A stretch of 64,000 nt of DNA from Dudresnaya verticillata (taxonomy: Eukaryota): NCBI GenBank assembly GCA_977862235.1, contig OZ374558.1, positions 2,356,001 through 2,420,000 on the forward strand, written 5' to 3'. Positions 23,120 to 35,375 of the stretch are shown here, one piece after another. Each line of letters begins with the position of its first letter. The first letter of the stretch is position 1. Under the pieces are notes generated by a model. It did no database searches and was not told the DNA's origin. It saw nothing but the letters and a program-made list of their open reading frames with translations. The translations under genes and the position numbers were made by a program.

Positions 23120-23610
23120 TTCGCAACTGCAGCAGTACCCCAACAAGGAGGATGTGGCATAGAAGTTTTGTTAGCAGTACTCGAGCAGGTCACCTGTGAA
23201 GAAGCTCTAACAGCCTTGGAGATGCTGAGAGGTATGAAAGAGAGTGCTACACGAACCTTGGTCCTCCAACAGATCTTGTGTTTGAGTTGTCGACTTCCGG
23301 CTCGTGGGCGCAGCCTAGCGGAAGTTGCGAAGGCCGTCACCGAACACCGAAACAAGGTCGTCGCAGGCGATTTCCGGTAGTCGGGTGCGAACCACACGGG
23401 AAGCAATGTCCGAGTCTGCGTCCCAAGGGTTAGCGCGATTCGATCGGCGCTCCTCCGGTACAACATTTTCGGACATGTGGTAGCACGAAATTCGAGAAAA
23501 AACACGCTTTCCCACTGGAACGTCTGTAAGCTGACATTCTTACAGTACACTGTTTCGGTGTCTCATGCTTCGGATGCTCGCGTCCACTCGGCAAAGCTGC
23601 AAGCACCTCT

Positions 23611-24565
23611 TGCGCGACCTACCTTGGAGCTGAACGCACGACCACGGGAATTGGCTCCGCCTCGACTGTCGCTCGTACCCGGAAGGCGAAGAGGCTCCTG
23701 GGCAACCTCAAGCGTCTCCGCCACGTATCCTCTTCGATGCCAGTAGCCGCCGCCAGGTCGATTTTTCGCATGTTCTTGCGACCCGTCTACGAGTATGCCC
23801 TCGCCGTCTCTCCACTCGACGCCCTCACCCTACAACACTTCGGGGACGCCGAATCTTGCAACCTCCGCACTGTCATAGGGCAACGATCCGAGTCCATGCC
23901 GCGGCGTCGTTTATCGAAGCTGCGTGCCCTGCTCCGCATCGTCCACCCCGCCGACAGACGGTCCTGGTCCGACCTGCAGAGCATGTTGGTACTCCGACTC
24001 TCATCTTCCTGCTCCCCTAAGCTCTCCTGGGCTGCCCGCACGACCCTAGATGCCCTCTCGCGCTCGCCTGATCACTCGCTGCGTAGCGCCGTTGCCTGCC
24101 CCTAGTCCGCTGAGTGGCACGCCCTGCACCTGCTACGCTGGCGCCTTGCCCTCCAAGGGCGACGACCTGCTCCTTTTTATACGCCTGACCGCCTTGCTCC
24201 CGCTCTGGAACTACCTGTGTCCGCTCACCGCCATCTAGCAGTCCGCTGGCATCTGAGTACATACCCAATCCCACCCCTCGATCCCGCTCTCGCCGCACGC
24301 GTCCGAATCGCTTCCACAACACCGGCACTGCTGGGCCAGCCTGCCCCCAGCTCGGCCACGCTACGTGACGTCTCCCAGAGCATTCAAGACATTCGCCAAG
24401 TTGGCTTTCAACGCAGTCAGCCTCCCGACTCCGTCCCTTCAACCCAATAGCACGCATTGAAGATATACAGTCGTTGTTCCTCCTTCCCATGCGATAGTGT
24501 GCTGGCCCATAGGCCTTTTGTTGGCGATGCCGGTGCACTCAAAACCGTCTTATAAAGTTTAATAT
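23611..24565 (+). mobile_element. 5'-truncated non-LTR retrotransposon (RT thumb and 3' end), 7-bp TSD CACCTCT
   Basis: ATYLGAE...MFLRPVYEYAL; CACCTCT at 23604-23610 and 24566-24572; absent from the right arm (~48,750). Confidence 0.75.
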
Positions 24566-24981
24566 CACCTCTCAACTTCCATCCCCATCTAGCTGCACAC
24601 CCCCCGCCCAAACTCCCTTCCAGGCTTTGACCTATTTTTCTCGTCCTGCGGAACTGGCCAGCCCTGCCTACCGTCCCATCGTATCATTCAGCCCCTCTCA
24701 TTTGTCGCTCCACGCCAACTCGCATCAATATCTCCAACCAACACAATCACTTCCCTATCGGGCATGTTACTTCTTGTTTCAGAGGAAAAGCCCTCACATC
24801 TTCTGCCCGCATTCCTGTTCAAGTCAAACTCTCATCGCCCTCCCTCTTTTCCGTGTTGCATACCGTTCGCGGGGCGCAAATGCTGTTTATTCGAACAACA
24901 CGAAGTGCAGGACATGAGGCATCCTTGAATTGCACAGCCGTATTGCCCATATCGTCCGAAAGTAACAGCGCGTTTAACAAA

Positions 24982-25010
24982 TGCTGCTGCTGCTGTTGCT
25001 GCTGCTGCTG
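24982..25010. repeat. (CTG)n microsatellite
   Basis: Directly visible. Confidence 0.8.
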
Positions 25011-25073
25011 ACTTTCTTCATTGGCGCTGCGGCCATGTATTTTAGATATAATTTCAGATGTGCAGGAACTACT

Positions 25074-25395
25074 TGCGGTAGAATGGTCACGGGGCCGGGT
25101 AGAACGGAAACAACCAGGACACCTGTCCTATGGCCAACACTAGATTTGGTAGCTTGGGGGGAAAAGGGAGTTGGTAGAGACTTGAGGAAAAAGGCACAAA
25201 GCCTAGGAAAAAAGGGAAAAGGGAAGGGCGGCGCTACCCAGCACGCGCAGAGCTTCCGTCATGCGGAAAAAAGGCTCGTAGAGCGCCTGAAAGGGAGAAA
25301 GGTACGGTGATTACGTGAATTCCAGAAAAGGGCAAAGAGACCCAAACCCACCGTAGGATTCTATTCAGGAGTCCCCTGCTATCCAGGGACCTATT
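25074..25395 (-). repeat. LTR fragment (U5 end) related to the outer gypsy 5' LTR, inverted
   Basis: Reverse complement of ~27,745-28,064 at roughly 85-90% identity; ends ..TTCTACCGCA without a PBS. Confidence 0.75.
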
Positions 25396-28064
25396 TGTGG
25401 TGCAACGGCTAGGGGCCACCGAAAGGAAGCAACCCGATGGGCCAACCATACGATCGGCCCAACCAAACGAAGACACTTCGTCGATGGAGTCTTGACGTCG
25501 GCGCTTGGACGGCGATGAACGCGCACAAGTATGAAACGTGGTCCCCGATTGTACACGTGGCACACACGTGGCCACCGACGACACCGAAGCGCACCACGTG
25601 GCCCGCTGTACATATATGATCCGATTTGCGGCCAGGCACAAATTGAAAATTGATTTGGCCGCACGGTGAATCAAAGGGAAGACAGTGAAAAGAGCAAGGG
25701 AAAATCTAACTCGCATGGCCAACCATTAACGCACAAGTACTTGGGTTAGTCTCGCAAGGGCCTTACATTGGCCTGACTGTGGTGAAGTGAGATTCGGCAT
25801 CCGAAACGGTGGAAATGCATATAGTGTGGCCTGAACCATTGTGGGATTTGTGCACGTGTATCCGTGTCGGCTTTGGGTGCATTGTTGTGTGATGGCGTAC
25901 ATTGTTGTGCAGCAGTGGAGCGCACCAACCGCAGCGGAGTATTTGTAGGTCTTATTCTTTATTTTTAGTGAGTATCTGTACAGTGTGTAGAGTAGCGCGC
26001 CAGCCAATGAGAATGCTGCGCATGTCCGTGTCGGAGATTGGGACCAGCAGGGCCGATTCCACCATGGGTCCAGACCACTAGGGTCTGGCCCCCACGGACC
26101 GGACCGCTCGGTGCCACCCTGACTTGTATATCAGGGCGGCACCGCAGCGGCTCCTAAGGTAAACGGGTAAGCAACCTTCCCAATCCTTTACGGTTTTCCC
26201 CGCGCCGAGCCCGTTGCGGTCTACCACCACCACCGTTACGGAGTCCGTCCCGGCACTTGTACCACCCCCTTGTCTGTTGCTTCCCAATATCCGTCTCGGT
26301 TAGCCGCTAGCTGTTCTCCCGTTACGGTGCGAACTGCTCTACCACCTCGTGGAGGTAGTGTTGCTCTCGTCCGTTAAGGAAAGTCAGGCCAGCTGTCCGT
26401 CTCGGAGTTCGTGGGTTTTCACTACACCACACCGACGCCGGAACACAAGTAGATATTATGCCGGACAGGGGTAACCTCGGCCACTAAGTATAGAATAGCT
26501 CTAGATTAGCTCAGATGGCCGCTTTTTGGGACTAATTAGCTGGTCACATACTACGGCTTAGCGAAAGAAGGTACGAATCCGTCCCTTCAGAGGTTGGGAG
26601 TAAAATTAGCAACTGAACCCCCGACTTGGCCATTTTCTGTCCTCATCACAGATTCTGGCCACGACTTCTACTGCGCGCTCCCGCTCTACCACGCTTTCTA
26701 CCGGCGCACAGGTCCGTTCTACGTCCTGGCCAGTTTTTGTGAAATCCGACAGGTCTTTGTGGTCTTCTTGGGGTCTCGTTTGGCCGCCGCACTCGGTGGT
26801 GCTTTAGAGATACTACACTATTAAGTATACCGTGATCGCTCGCGCGCGTCCGCGACGCGCGCCGCCAAGCTGGGCTTTCCCATTGGACCATGGTCGACCA
26901 CTACAGTGGGCTCGCGCCCACACTTGGGGCTTCCCCCGCCGTCGCCTTTACAGGACCGCACTCGCCGCCTTACAGCCACCGCCACGCAAGCGCGCGCAAG
27001 ACACGCGCAAAACGCGTGACACGTGCACACGCGCACAGCACGCGTCATTACAAGTCTTACAGCGTGCTGGTGTCGGTGTACAGTAGGTACACTGTGATAC
27101 TGTATTGTTAGTTTATCGTACTCTAGTGTTAGTTTATTTGATAGTGTACAGTAGCCCTAGTCGCCACCGCCGCGGCGCCGCCGCCGGCGGTGGGACTTAA
27201 GGGGCTAGGACCGACCTCCTACAGTAAACCCAACCAAGCTTCGGCTCCACACTTAGGGTACCCCCTACCTCCGTGCGCTTGGCGAGTGAAGCCATCGCGG
27301 AGCTGGGCTACGTACGCCTGTGGTGCTGAAACCTTTTCTACCTTCGTGTTCACACGCTTGTTGTGCCGGTGCCCCCACCGTCTGGCTCACTGCGTGCTCA
27401 CACGGCTTTGGTGTCTGTTTACGGTCCGCACGCTGGGGCCTTCCCCTTGTTCTACCCTACCACGCACCGACGCGCTCACACGCGTCACCGCGGCTACCCT
27501 CCCACGTCGGACTCGTGGGTTGTGTTGGTTGCGACCCTCATTCGGAGGGTTGCACTACACTGGTACCAAATTTGATGGCGAATTGCCATTGGGTAATTTA
27601 TTTTGGCCGCTCACGCGGTCCGACGCGGTACTACCACTAATCCGTATTTGTAACTGACAACAATACTATTAGATTAATAATTACATCTAGAATAGCTTAG
27701 AATAGCTAATAGGAGGTAAGAGCATTTCCGGGTCTGCTATACTTAATAGGCCCCTGAGTAGCAGGGGCCTCCTGAATAGAACCCTACGGTGGGTTTGGGT
27801 CTTTTGCCCTTTTCTGGAATTCACGGACTCAGCGTACCTTTTTCACCTTTCAGGCGCTCTACGAGCCTTGTCTCCGCACGACGGAAGCTCTGCGCGACCT
27901 GGGTAGCGCCGCCCTTCCTTTTTCCCCTTTTCCTAGGCATTGTGCCTTTTACCCCAAGTCTCTACCAACTCCCTTTTCCCCCGAGCTACCAAAGCTAGTA
28001 TTGGCCATAGGACAGGTTTCCTGGTTGTTTCCGTTCTACCTGGCCCCGTGGCCATTCTACTACA

Positions 28065-28084
28065 GCGGTCTCCCGACCTAGAAG
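28065..28084 (+). promoter_or_regulatory. Primer binding site (degenerate) of outer gypsy element
   Basis: CGGTCTCCCGACCTAGAAGC, matching the inner element's TGGTCTCCCGACCTAGAAGC. Confidence 0.7.
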
Positions 28085-28570
28085 CGTTTTCAGGATCGGC
28101 CCCTTGTTGCTACCTCATCCTCAAGTCGTTGTAAGGAACTTTCCACAGGACGAAAATTCAACGTGCAAGAATTCAAGGAACAGCTTCCTAACGGCGAAAC
28201 CCTAGTCGGCCAAGTGTATACGGTCTCTCAGCTTCATATCAAGCTTCGAAGTTGCGTCAAATTCGAGGCAAGCAACTGCCACCGCTTCTGCGGCTTTAAT
28301 CGTATACAAGGAAGAAGATCCTGGTCGTGGAGTGATGCCCCTTCAAGGAACTCTTCCTGCAGGTTATCGTGAAACCTGTCATCAAAAACATGTCTATATA
28401 CGGGCTGTGCGGGCGCGCACGCTAGGAGTTCCACGTGGACAGAATCGCCCGTAACCCCGAGAACTACGGTTCTGAGACTTTTGCCATCCTAGGGAGAAGT
28501 TCCCCGATTAGTGCAACCACAGGACCGAATCCTACGTTTCAAGGTTATCAATAACAACCTCGTTTAGAAG

Positions 28571-31259
28571 ATGCCGACATCTAACGGTGATACCACCCGG
28601 CCAGGCTTAACGAGACGGGGCGGTAGCCATACAGGCAGGTTATCCTCCGTGAGGGCCACGGGAGCAAGAATCCGAGCCGTAATAGCCGCTTTGGTTCAAA
28701 GTCCTACAGTAGAAGAAGTGGAACGCCCGCCCCGAATGGCGGGCGCACCAGGAGACGAAGATCCGTCTGCCCATGGAAAGGGGCAGATCCCTGAAGGAGA
28801 AAACACGGCCCGGACTGCAGCCGCAAGCAACGCCAACATCGGTGCGAATGAGGGTCCGGACCCTAGTATGCTGCCGCCGCCGATGCTTCAAGCTTGTTAC
28901 AGCCAGCATGATACAGGCGGACTGGCCTTAGAAGAAGAAACGAATTCATCGCTTCGGCCAGATATCGGAATGCAGATGAGAACGAAGGCAAACTCAACCG
29001 ACCAACGGTGCTTCACGGAGCGTGAGATTGGTCATTTGGTTGAGACCGGGATCAAGAATGCTCTCGGGACTAGCGCATTGGCGCTGCTTGAAAGCCAGGC
29101 GGACGAGACCCTGACACTGGTAAAACGTTATTTCGACGACACCACAGCTCGTCGAGACGACCAGCTACTGGCTAAGTCCCAAGAAATGGTCACTTCTCGT
29201 TGCCAACAACGCCCCTTGAGGGGTTTAGAAGAGGAAAGGGTCGAGACCCGACAAGCCCAAGTGGGCTCATTGGGGGACCAATTGGAATCGGTTCACATTG
29301 AATTAGATGAAGCCACGAAGGCTGCCGACCTTTCCAGGACAGAAGCCACAATGGCTATTGCGGACGTTCAATTCAACGTAGACAACGCACGGTGCTTTGA
29401 ACAGGACAGAGCCATCGAGGTCTTCAGGAAAGAACTCGATGAGGAGAAGCGTCGTATCGCTCTTCTGGAATTGCAGATGCGGCTCGTACTCCGCGAAAGG
29501 GATACTATCCCTGAAGTCATGAGATGACGCTCACCGGGGCCTCGCGGCACGCGCGACAGGCGTAGAAGGATACCCGATAGGGGGTCGGACAGTGGGTCCC
29601 AAGGTGAAGGAGATGGAGGCCGTTGCCAACAGGGTTGCAAGTTCAACAGACCAATTGGGTCTTGTGCACACCGCGACCAAGTGGATTCTCATCGTGACCG
29701 ATATTCAAGTCATCGTCACGAAGAGAATCATCGGTCAGGGTCTCACCCTAATCCAGGTCCATCGGATGAAGAAGGACCGGGTCCCGTTCGCATTCTAGAC
29801 CTTTATGATCTTCCTGGAAGGGTCCCTGACGTTCCGGTGTGAAGGAGCTGACTTCTAGGAATCCCGCCTTCATACAGGTACTGTCCTACAGAAGATATAG
29901 TTTATTGAACCTCGATGATTACCGCGGGCCCGAGGTGACCGAGGCGACCACGAAGAAAATCAAACGCGTAAAGTCCGTTATGCGGAGTCGCCGTTTTGAC
30001 GGAAGTGACCCGGTGTCAATTATTGGCTTCTTAGCCACGCTGAAGAGGCAGCTTTATCAAGCCTATATTAGCGAAGGTGTCGCTATCATTGCCATCCCCG
30101 AAGTTCTCGAGAAGGACGTCAAGGATATGTTTGAAGCGAATTTTGACCCTGCGGGTGACGACAATGGTGGTTTCACCGAATGGCCCGAAGCCGTTAATTA
30201 CCTCCTTCGGACTTATTCCAAGGACGTCTATATTGAAAGGATTGCCTCTGAGATGGAACCATGGCGCAGAAGCCAGATGAGGACGAGGGGCCCTTTTCAA
30301 GAAGGTTGCAGAACAAAGCGCGTCGAGTCGCTGGTGTATACACCGAACAAGATTTGATATCCAGGTTTATTCGTGGCTTACTACCAGCGGTGAAGCCACG
30401 TTTAAGTACGTTGTCATTGGACCCAAGGACTGCCAGACTGGCGGATTACGTCGAGCTGGCGACTGCACAGGTAGATTCCCATCGGGCGCTGGTGGGTGGC
30501 GGACGAACGCCAAAAGCGAATAGGACGCTACCAAGGAAGACCTTGAAGAAAGTTCGTACCCACAAGTCAGGACGAGCACTCCTTATTCACCAGGCGAAGG
30601 ATGCATCCGCCTCCGATTCGGATACTTCAAAGAGCAGTGGTTCTGATGCGAAAAGCGAAGACGCGGACGTGGTCGCAATTGCTAACGAAGCGCCACCATC
30701 AACAGCGACCCAATCGGACTCGTGGTCTACAGGACAGTATTACTACGACCAACTGTATCACGGTGAAGTTGACACGGTACTGCAGAACTACAATCGTAGG
30801 CTCCCCACCTGGACACAGCCAACCAAGACTCAACGCCCTGGGTGGGTGACGGTTGAAGACCAACCCAATGATATCTGCTTCGAATGCCACGGCATTGGTC
30901 ATAAAAAGCCGAACTTCCCACATTTGGCTCGTACCGAGGAGCAGTCTTTTGAGACTTTAAAAAGGAGACAGTTTCATCAACTATCACACGAGCAAAAAGC
31001 GTGGTTGGCGACCGTTGGCCGACTGCCGGAGTTCGCTAACGAGCGAATGCCCGCCGGGCCGCCCATAGGGCAACGGATGAAGCCCCGTCAAAATTTGGGT
31101 GCGAGTCAAGGGGGAAATCGACAGGTTCAATTCCAACCTCCACTGAACCACCCCATTGGCGCTCCGAGGCAAACGCCCAGGTCACCACGCCAAGGGTCTC
31201 GTCTCTTCCCACCACCTCCACCGCCACCACGGTCGCCCGCAATGAAGGCGAAAAACTAG
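28571..31259 (+). pseudogene. gag: gag of outer gypsy element (stop and frameshifts)
   Basis: VLSYRRYSL, FDGSDPVSIIGFL, WPEAVNYLLRTY and CFECHGIGHKKPN are homologous to the inner gag; split over ORFs 28571, 29839 and 30261. Confidence 0.8.
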
Positions 31260-31552
31260 CGACGGGGGAACCGGTTTCGGTACACCACATATCTCAGGTG
31301 GCATTGGAACCCCCCGATCGGTACGTTGAGTCCAGCTCCTCGAACTACAGCTTCGAAAGCTTCTCCTCAACGGATCGACCGGTTGTCAGTGAATCTGTCA
31401 CTTCTCTTCCTAAGAAGATATTAGCGCGTCCCGTGGGCTTACCCTCTGGACGGAAATATCATGAGTATTGTAAGGACCCCGTTTGCTCCTTGTCGCGCTA
31501 CAATCATAAAGTAGCTGCGCTCATCGGGACATCTGTTGACGACCTTACTCGT

Positions 31553-32466
31553 TGTGGTGCAAAGCGTCCAGTGACGATAGACCGCCGAGCAGTTCGGGGC
31601 TCGGTGGGTAGCTGCGCCCTCGGCGGTAGGTAGTCCCGCCGTGGGCGACTTGGTGGTAGAGCAAAAGGGGCACGCCTTGGGCGGACTGTAAACGCCCGAG
31701 GCGGAAAGGAAGGAAAAGGGAAAGAGAAAGGGAACACGTCAAGGACGATGGTAGACGTGGAAGCACGGGAGGTAGACGCTTAGCCGTAGGCAGCGGTAGA
31801 ATGCGCGCGTGCGGAACGGGGAAGTCTGGACCAAGGCCGGCTTGCCCGGGCGTTTACTGTGATGTCTGGGACGGCTTACCTAAGTATAGTACGGCGGCGC
31901 GGCGGTGTGCGTGTAGCGCGGGAACTCGGGACACGTGTCGTCCCGAGGCGCGTCTGACAGATCACGCGTCGCATGCAGCCGCGCGTCTGATAGATCGCCG
32001 TACAATCCCCTGTGTGGGTGCCTACACGTACACGTGGACGCGTGTGTATTACAGCCGCGCGTGCGCGCGCACTGTAGAGCGTATGCCTTAGATCTAATCT
32101 GGTACTTGCCCGATCCTGATCGCATCCGGATCGGGCCAGCAATGCTGATACCCGCAGCCTTACAGGCGCATACCTTACAGCTTAGGCGATCCAGATAGCC
32201 AATCTGGATGCCGGATCCGGATGCGATCCGGATCTGGATGCGATCCGGATCCGCGCTACAGTGCCCCGGGGCGCCAGGTCGGCCCAGCACTGTACGGTGC
32301 CCGCGTGGCGCGCGGCGCGCAGTGCGCGCGCGCGCCTCAGCAAGCCGTCGATGACGTGTTCGCGCGCCAACGGCGGTGGTGAGCGCCGGTGGCGGTTTCT
32401 CCGTCGGTCGACGTATTTAGTCCGACCGCTTTCAGCGAAAAAGGGCTCGCCTCCCCTTGCACCACA
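31553..32466 (-). repeat. 3' LTR of inner gypsy element (914 bp)
   Basis: Direct repeat of 44009-44922, about 6 substitutions by eye. Confidence 0.95.
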
Positions 32467-32483
32467 CGACCCCCCTCCAAAAC
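32467..32483 (-). promoter_or_regulatory. Polypurine tract of inner gypsy element
   Basis: GGAGGGGGG on the minus strand next to the 3' LTR. Confidence 0.65.
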
Positions 32484-32736
32484 CCGAACACGACCCGACC
32501 CTCAACCTGCGGCCGTGCGTTCTGCCGTTGCGTCCCTGCCGACTTTCGCGCCGTGCGAGTGAGTCTCCGCGCCTTCGCGTATTGTATTGGTGCGCCGCGT
32601 GCGACTGCGACCTCGGCTGTGCCGTAAGAACTCCGGTGTTGTTGCGTTTGCGTACTCGTGCGGCTGCGTACGCTGCCCCGACATCACCGCCTGTGGCGCA
32701 TAACAAGCTCCGTCGTTGACGTCTATCGTATATCCC

Positions 32737-32971
32737 TCACCTGGGGCGTTGCAACTTAATCGTCATCGACGTCGTTTGCCTTCGGCATCGCCATTGGCGC
32801 AGCAATCAAACGTCGTTGACGCGGGTTTCCGTCTCTCGCCTAAGGCGTCGCAACAGTAGTCGTCTTCGACGTCGTTTGCCTTTGGCATCGCCATTGGCGC
32901 AGCAGCTGAACGTCGTCGACGTGGGTTTGGTTTCCTCGCCTAGGGCGTTACAACAGTAATCGTCTTCGACG
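32737..32971. repeat. ~100-bp imperfect tandem repeat (~2.3 copies) upstream of the antisense ORF
   Basis: CGTC[AT]TCGACG recurs at 32761, 32861 and 32961, with extended similarity between the first two units. Confidence 0.8.
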
Positions 32972-33072
32972 CACGCTCCTTGAAGCTTTCGCCAGTGGCG
33001 CAGGACACGAGTCATCTTTGACGTTCGTACAAGCATCGCCTTTGGCGTTAACATATTCTCGTCGTTGACGTC

Positions 33073-35375
33073 ATGCCGATGTTCAATGGCATGCAGGTGG
33101 CAGCACCTTCGGCTGCGCCGGTGTACGTTTCGCCTGTCGACTTCGTCGGAAAGAACCCTCGCGATCACGCGCACTTCTTCGCTCGGGCCCCCTGGTTCGA
33201 CCAGGAGGCCTTGCGCGAGGAAGAGTTAGTTGCTCATTACGCTACTAGCGGTTTCTTGCCGGGGGCTTGCCCCTCGGCGTCGTCTGGACGTTGGAATGGA
33301 AGTTACGCTGTGCCGTTCCTGCGGAATGGCTTTGGGTGCGAGCGGGACAGTCGCGTGCGGACGTCCACGCGCAATTCGTCTCAGACGTGTATCGTCGCTT
33401 CACGCGTTATCCGGGGTCGACGTTAACGCCGCCCCTGTTCAATTATGATGCGGGACAATACCGCACAGCCGGCGAAGCCGAATATGGTGCTCGTCTTGGG
33501 ACGCTGTCGCTCAAACATGTGAGCGTGTCGATTGAGCCTCGTGTGTTGGGAGAGGCCTACCTCTTAGGCGTACGCTTGAAAGCGGATTTTCGTTACCTGC
33601 ATCGTACGGGTACGTTCTTTTAGGAGCGTTGTATCCGGTGGGAGTGCGAGACGCGTCGCCTAAAGGGCGTATTCGTACCTTACCAGGACATGCAGGTTGA
33701 CCACATTGAGCGTAGTAAGTTGCCGTTTTGTTTCGTGAAGGTACCGCCAGTGTGGCGCGAGTTTGAGATATGCGAGGGTTTCTCCGTATAGATTCCTCCG
33801 TGTGTCACGTATCTGGGTTCCGAGCTGATGACCGACCCCTATTCCAGGTATTGGATCGTGTTTTACACGGAGTGGGTCGCCAATGTGGCGTATGCGTGGT
33901 TATGGGAGGTGTATGACACCTTCCGTATGTACCACTTGCCCCAACGTGTGGTGGCTCAGCTTGGCAGCCTCGACTTGGTCGAAATATTTGGCGGGTCCCG
34001 GAACGCCGAGGAGTTCTGGAACCTGCGCGCTGTGGCGGATGAGATCGACTGGAACGACCCGGCAATGGTGCCGTATGCGAACAACCGCCGTAAGGCGAAC
34101 CGTCCGCGATTCGCGATGAGTCGGACTCACTCCGCCTGTGGCGATTGGGTCCATTATAACCCGTGGACTAAGCGTCGTACGACGAAGAACATTGCGGAGC
34201 GCCATCGCAAAACGGACCGCTTCACCCCGGGTAATCACCCGCGTGGTTTGCGTAAGAGCTGCGACTTTGTCGGTGATTTTCCTCCGCATCTGAGCGCCTT
34301 AATGGCCGAGGAGGATGCGTTTCACGCCGATGGCGGACCGGAGAACCCGTCTGGGACGGATATTGCTACGCCTATGGCGGTTGAGTCGACTGCCGAGCCT
34401 GCGCCCGCGTCTTCGGCTTTGCCCGGAGGCGCTGTCGGTGGCGGTGGAGTTCCAGCTGGCCTGCCAGCTGTTGCTCCTCTGGACCTTACGGCTCCCGTCG
34501 CTGACGATGATGGCGATGCCGTTATGGCGACGCCAATACTTGAGCCGGCTCCGCCGACCGTGACGCCTCAAGGCGAAGCATCAAACGTCGCAGACGGTTC
34601 TGGGGGTCCAGCTCCGGTGCCGGTTTGGACCGAGGAACAGCGCCGCACCGTGCTTGCGTTATTGCAGGCAGCAGGCGTCGCTACTAGCGGTTTGAGCGGC
34701 TCACCCTCTGAGTGGATGAGCCAAGCTTTGTCGGCTACGGTCCCACCTCAGGGTGGGCCCGCGCCGAAGTCGACTAGTGTCGTAGGTTCTGCGTCGAAGG
34801 ACGGTGTGGCGGAGAAGCCTTCGTCACCTAAGGCGAATGGTCCGGCGTCTAAGGACGTGAATATGACTGTACCGCCTGCGGCGAGCGAGGCGAGTGCCAC
34901 TGTAGCGTCGTCGACGGTTCAAGAGGGGCTAAGTGCTCCTACGTCATTGACGGGTGTCGGGTTAACAACGCCGAAGGCGAGTGAAGACGCGACGCCCACC
35001 AAGGCGGTTTCCGAACTGACGCCAAAGGCGGTCAACGAGTCGTTGATTACGCTTAAAGCGGATGGGGCTGTGCCCGCGCCTATGGCGAATGGTAACTTAG
35101 GCTCTGCGCCTGTGGCGGGTGTTATTGCTTCATCGTCTTTGGCGGATATTGTCGCGACGACGCCCAAGGCGATCGATGAGTCTCCCACTTCGCCTGCGGC
35201 GCCTGTTGCAGCCACTCCGGCAGTTGCGGTGGCAAGGCCTTTGCGGTCCGCCCCGGCTCCTGCCGTGAGTGTGCCGTCAACGACGGAGGACGACCTCTAC
35301 GAAGAGGCGTTGCGTGAGTCCGCCGAAGGCGCTGGGGACGTGCCAGCCGATTCGTCTGCGACGAAGGAGTCTTGA
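33073..35375 (+). pseudogene. Antisense additional ORF of the gypsy element (unknown protein; 515-aa open part 33828-35375)
   Basis: ORFs 33073, 33267 and 33828 join via one frameshift (~33,320) and two in-frame TAGs (33621 and ~33789). Aromatic-rich N-half and Ala/Pro/Ser/Thr-rich C-half. Confidence 0.65.

Larger units (their letters stand above)
65..24882 (+). repeat. Left arm of large inverted segmental duplication (palindrome arm)
   Basis: Reverse complement of 48,439-62,945 once four left-only insertions are removed. Mirrored ORFs share a constant coordinate sum, e.g. 17164+55194 = 22196+50162 = 72358. Confidence 0.95.

Noticed and set aside
23074..23550. 158-aa ORF upstream of the CK1-like gene, conserved in both arms
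   Set aside because: Conservation is explained by arm identity; non-ATG start and no recognisable motif
24981..25310. ORF with poly-Leu N-terminus resembling a signal peptide
   Set aside because: Arises from a (CTG)n microsatellite read into an LTR fragment
27152..27207. GC-rich hairpin (CCACCGCCG..CGGCGGTGG) as terminator or ncRNA
   Set aside because: Lies in LTR-like GC-rich sequence with no supporting context
33828..35375. env-like gene
   Set aside because: Antisense to pol, with no evident signal peptide or transmembrane segment
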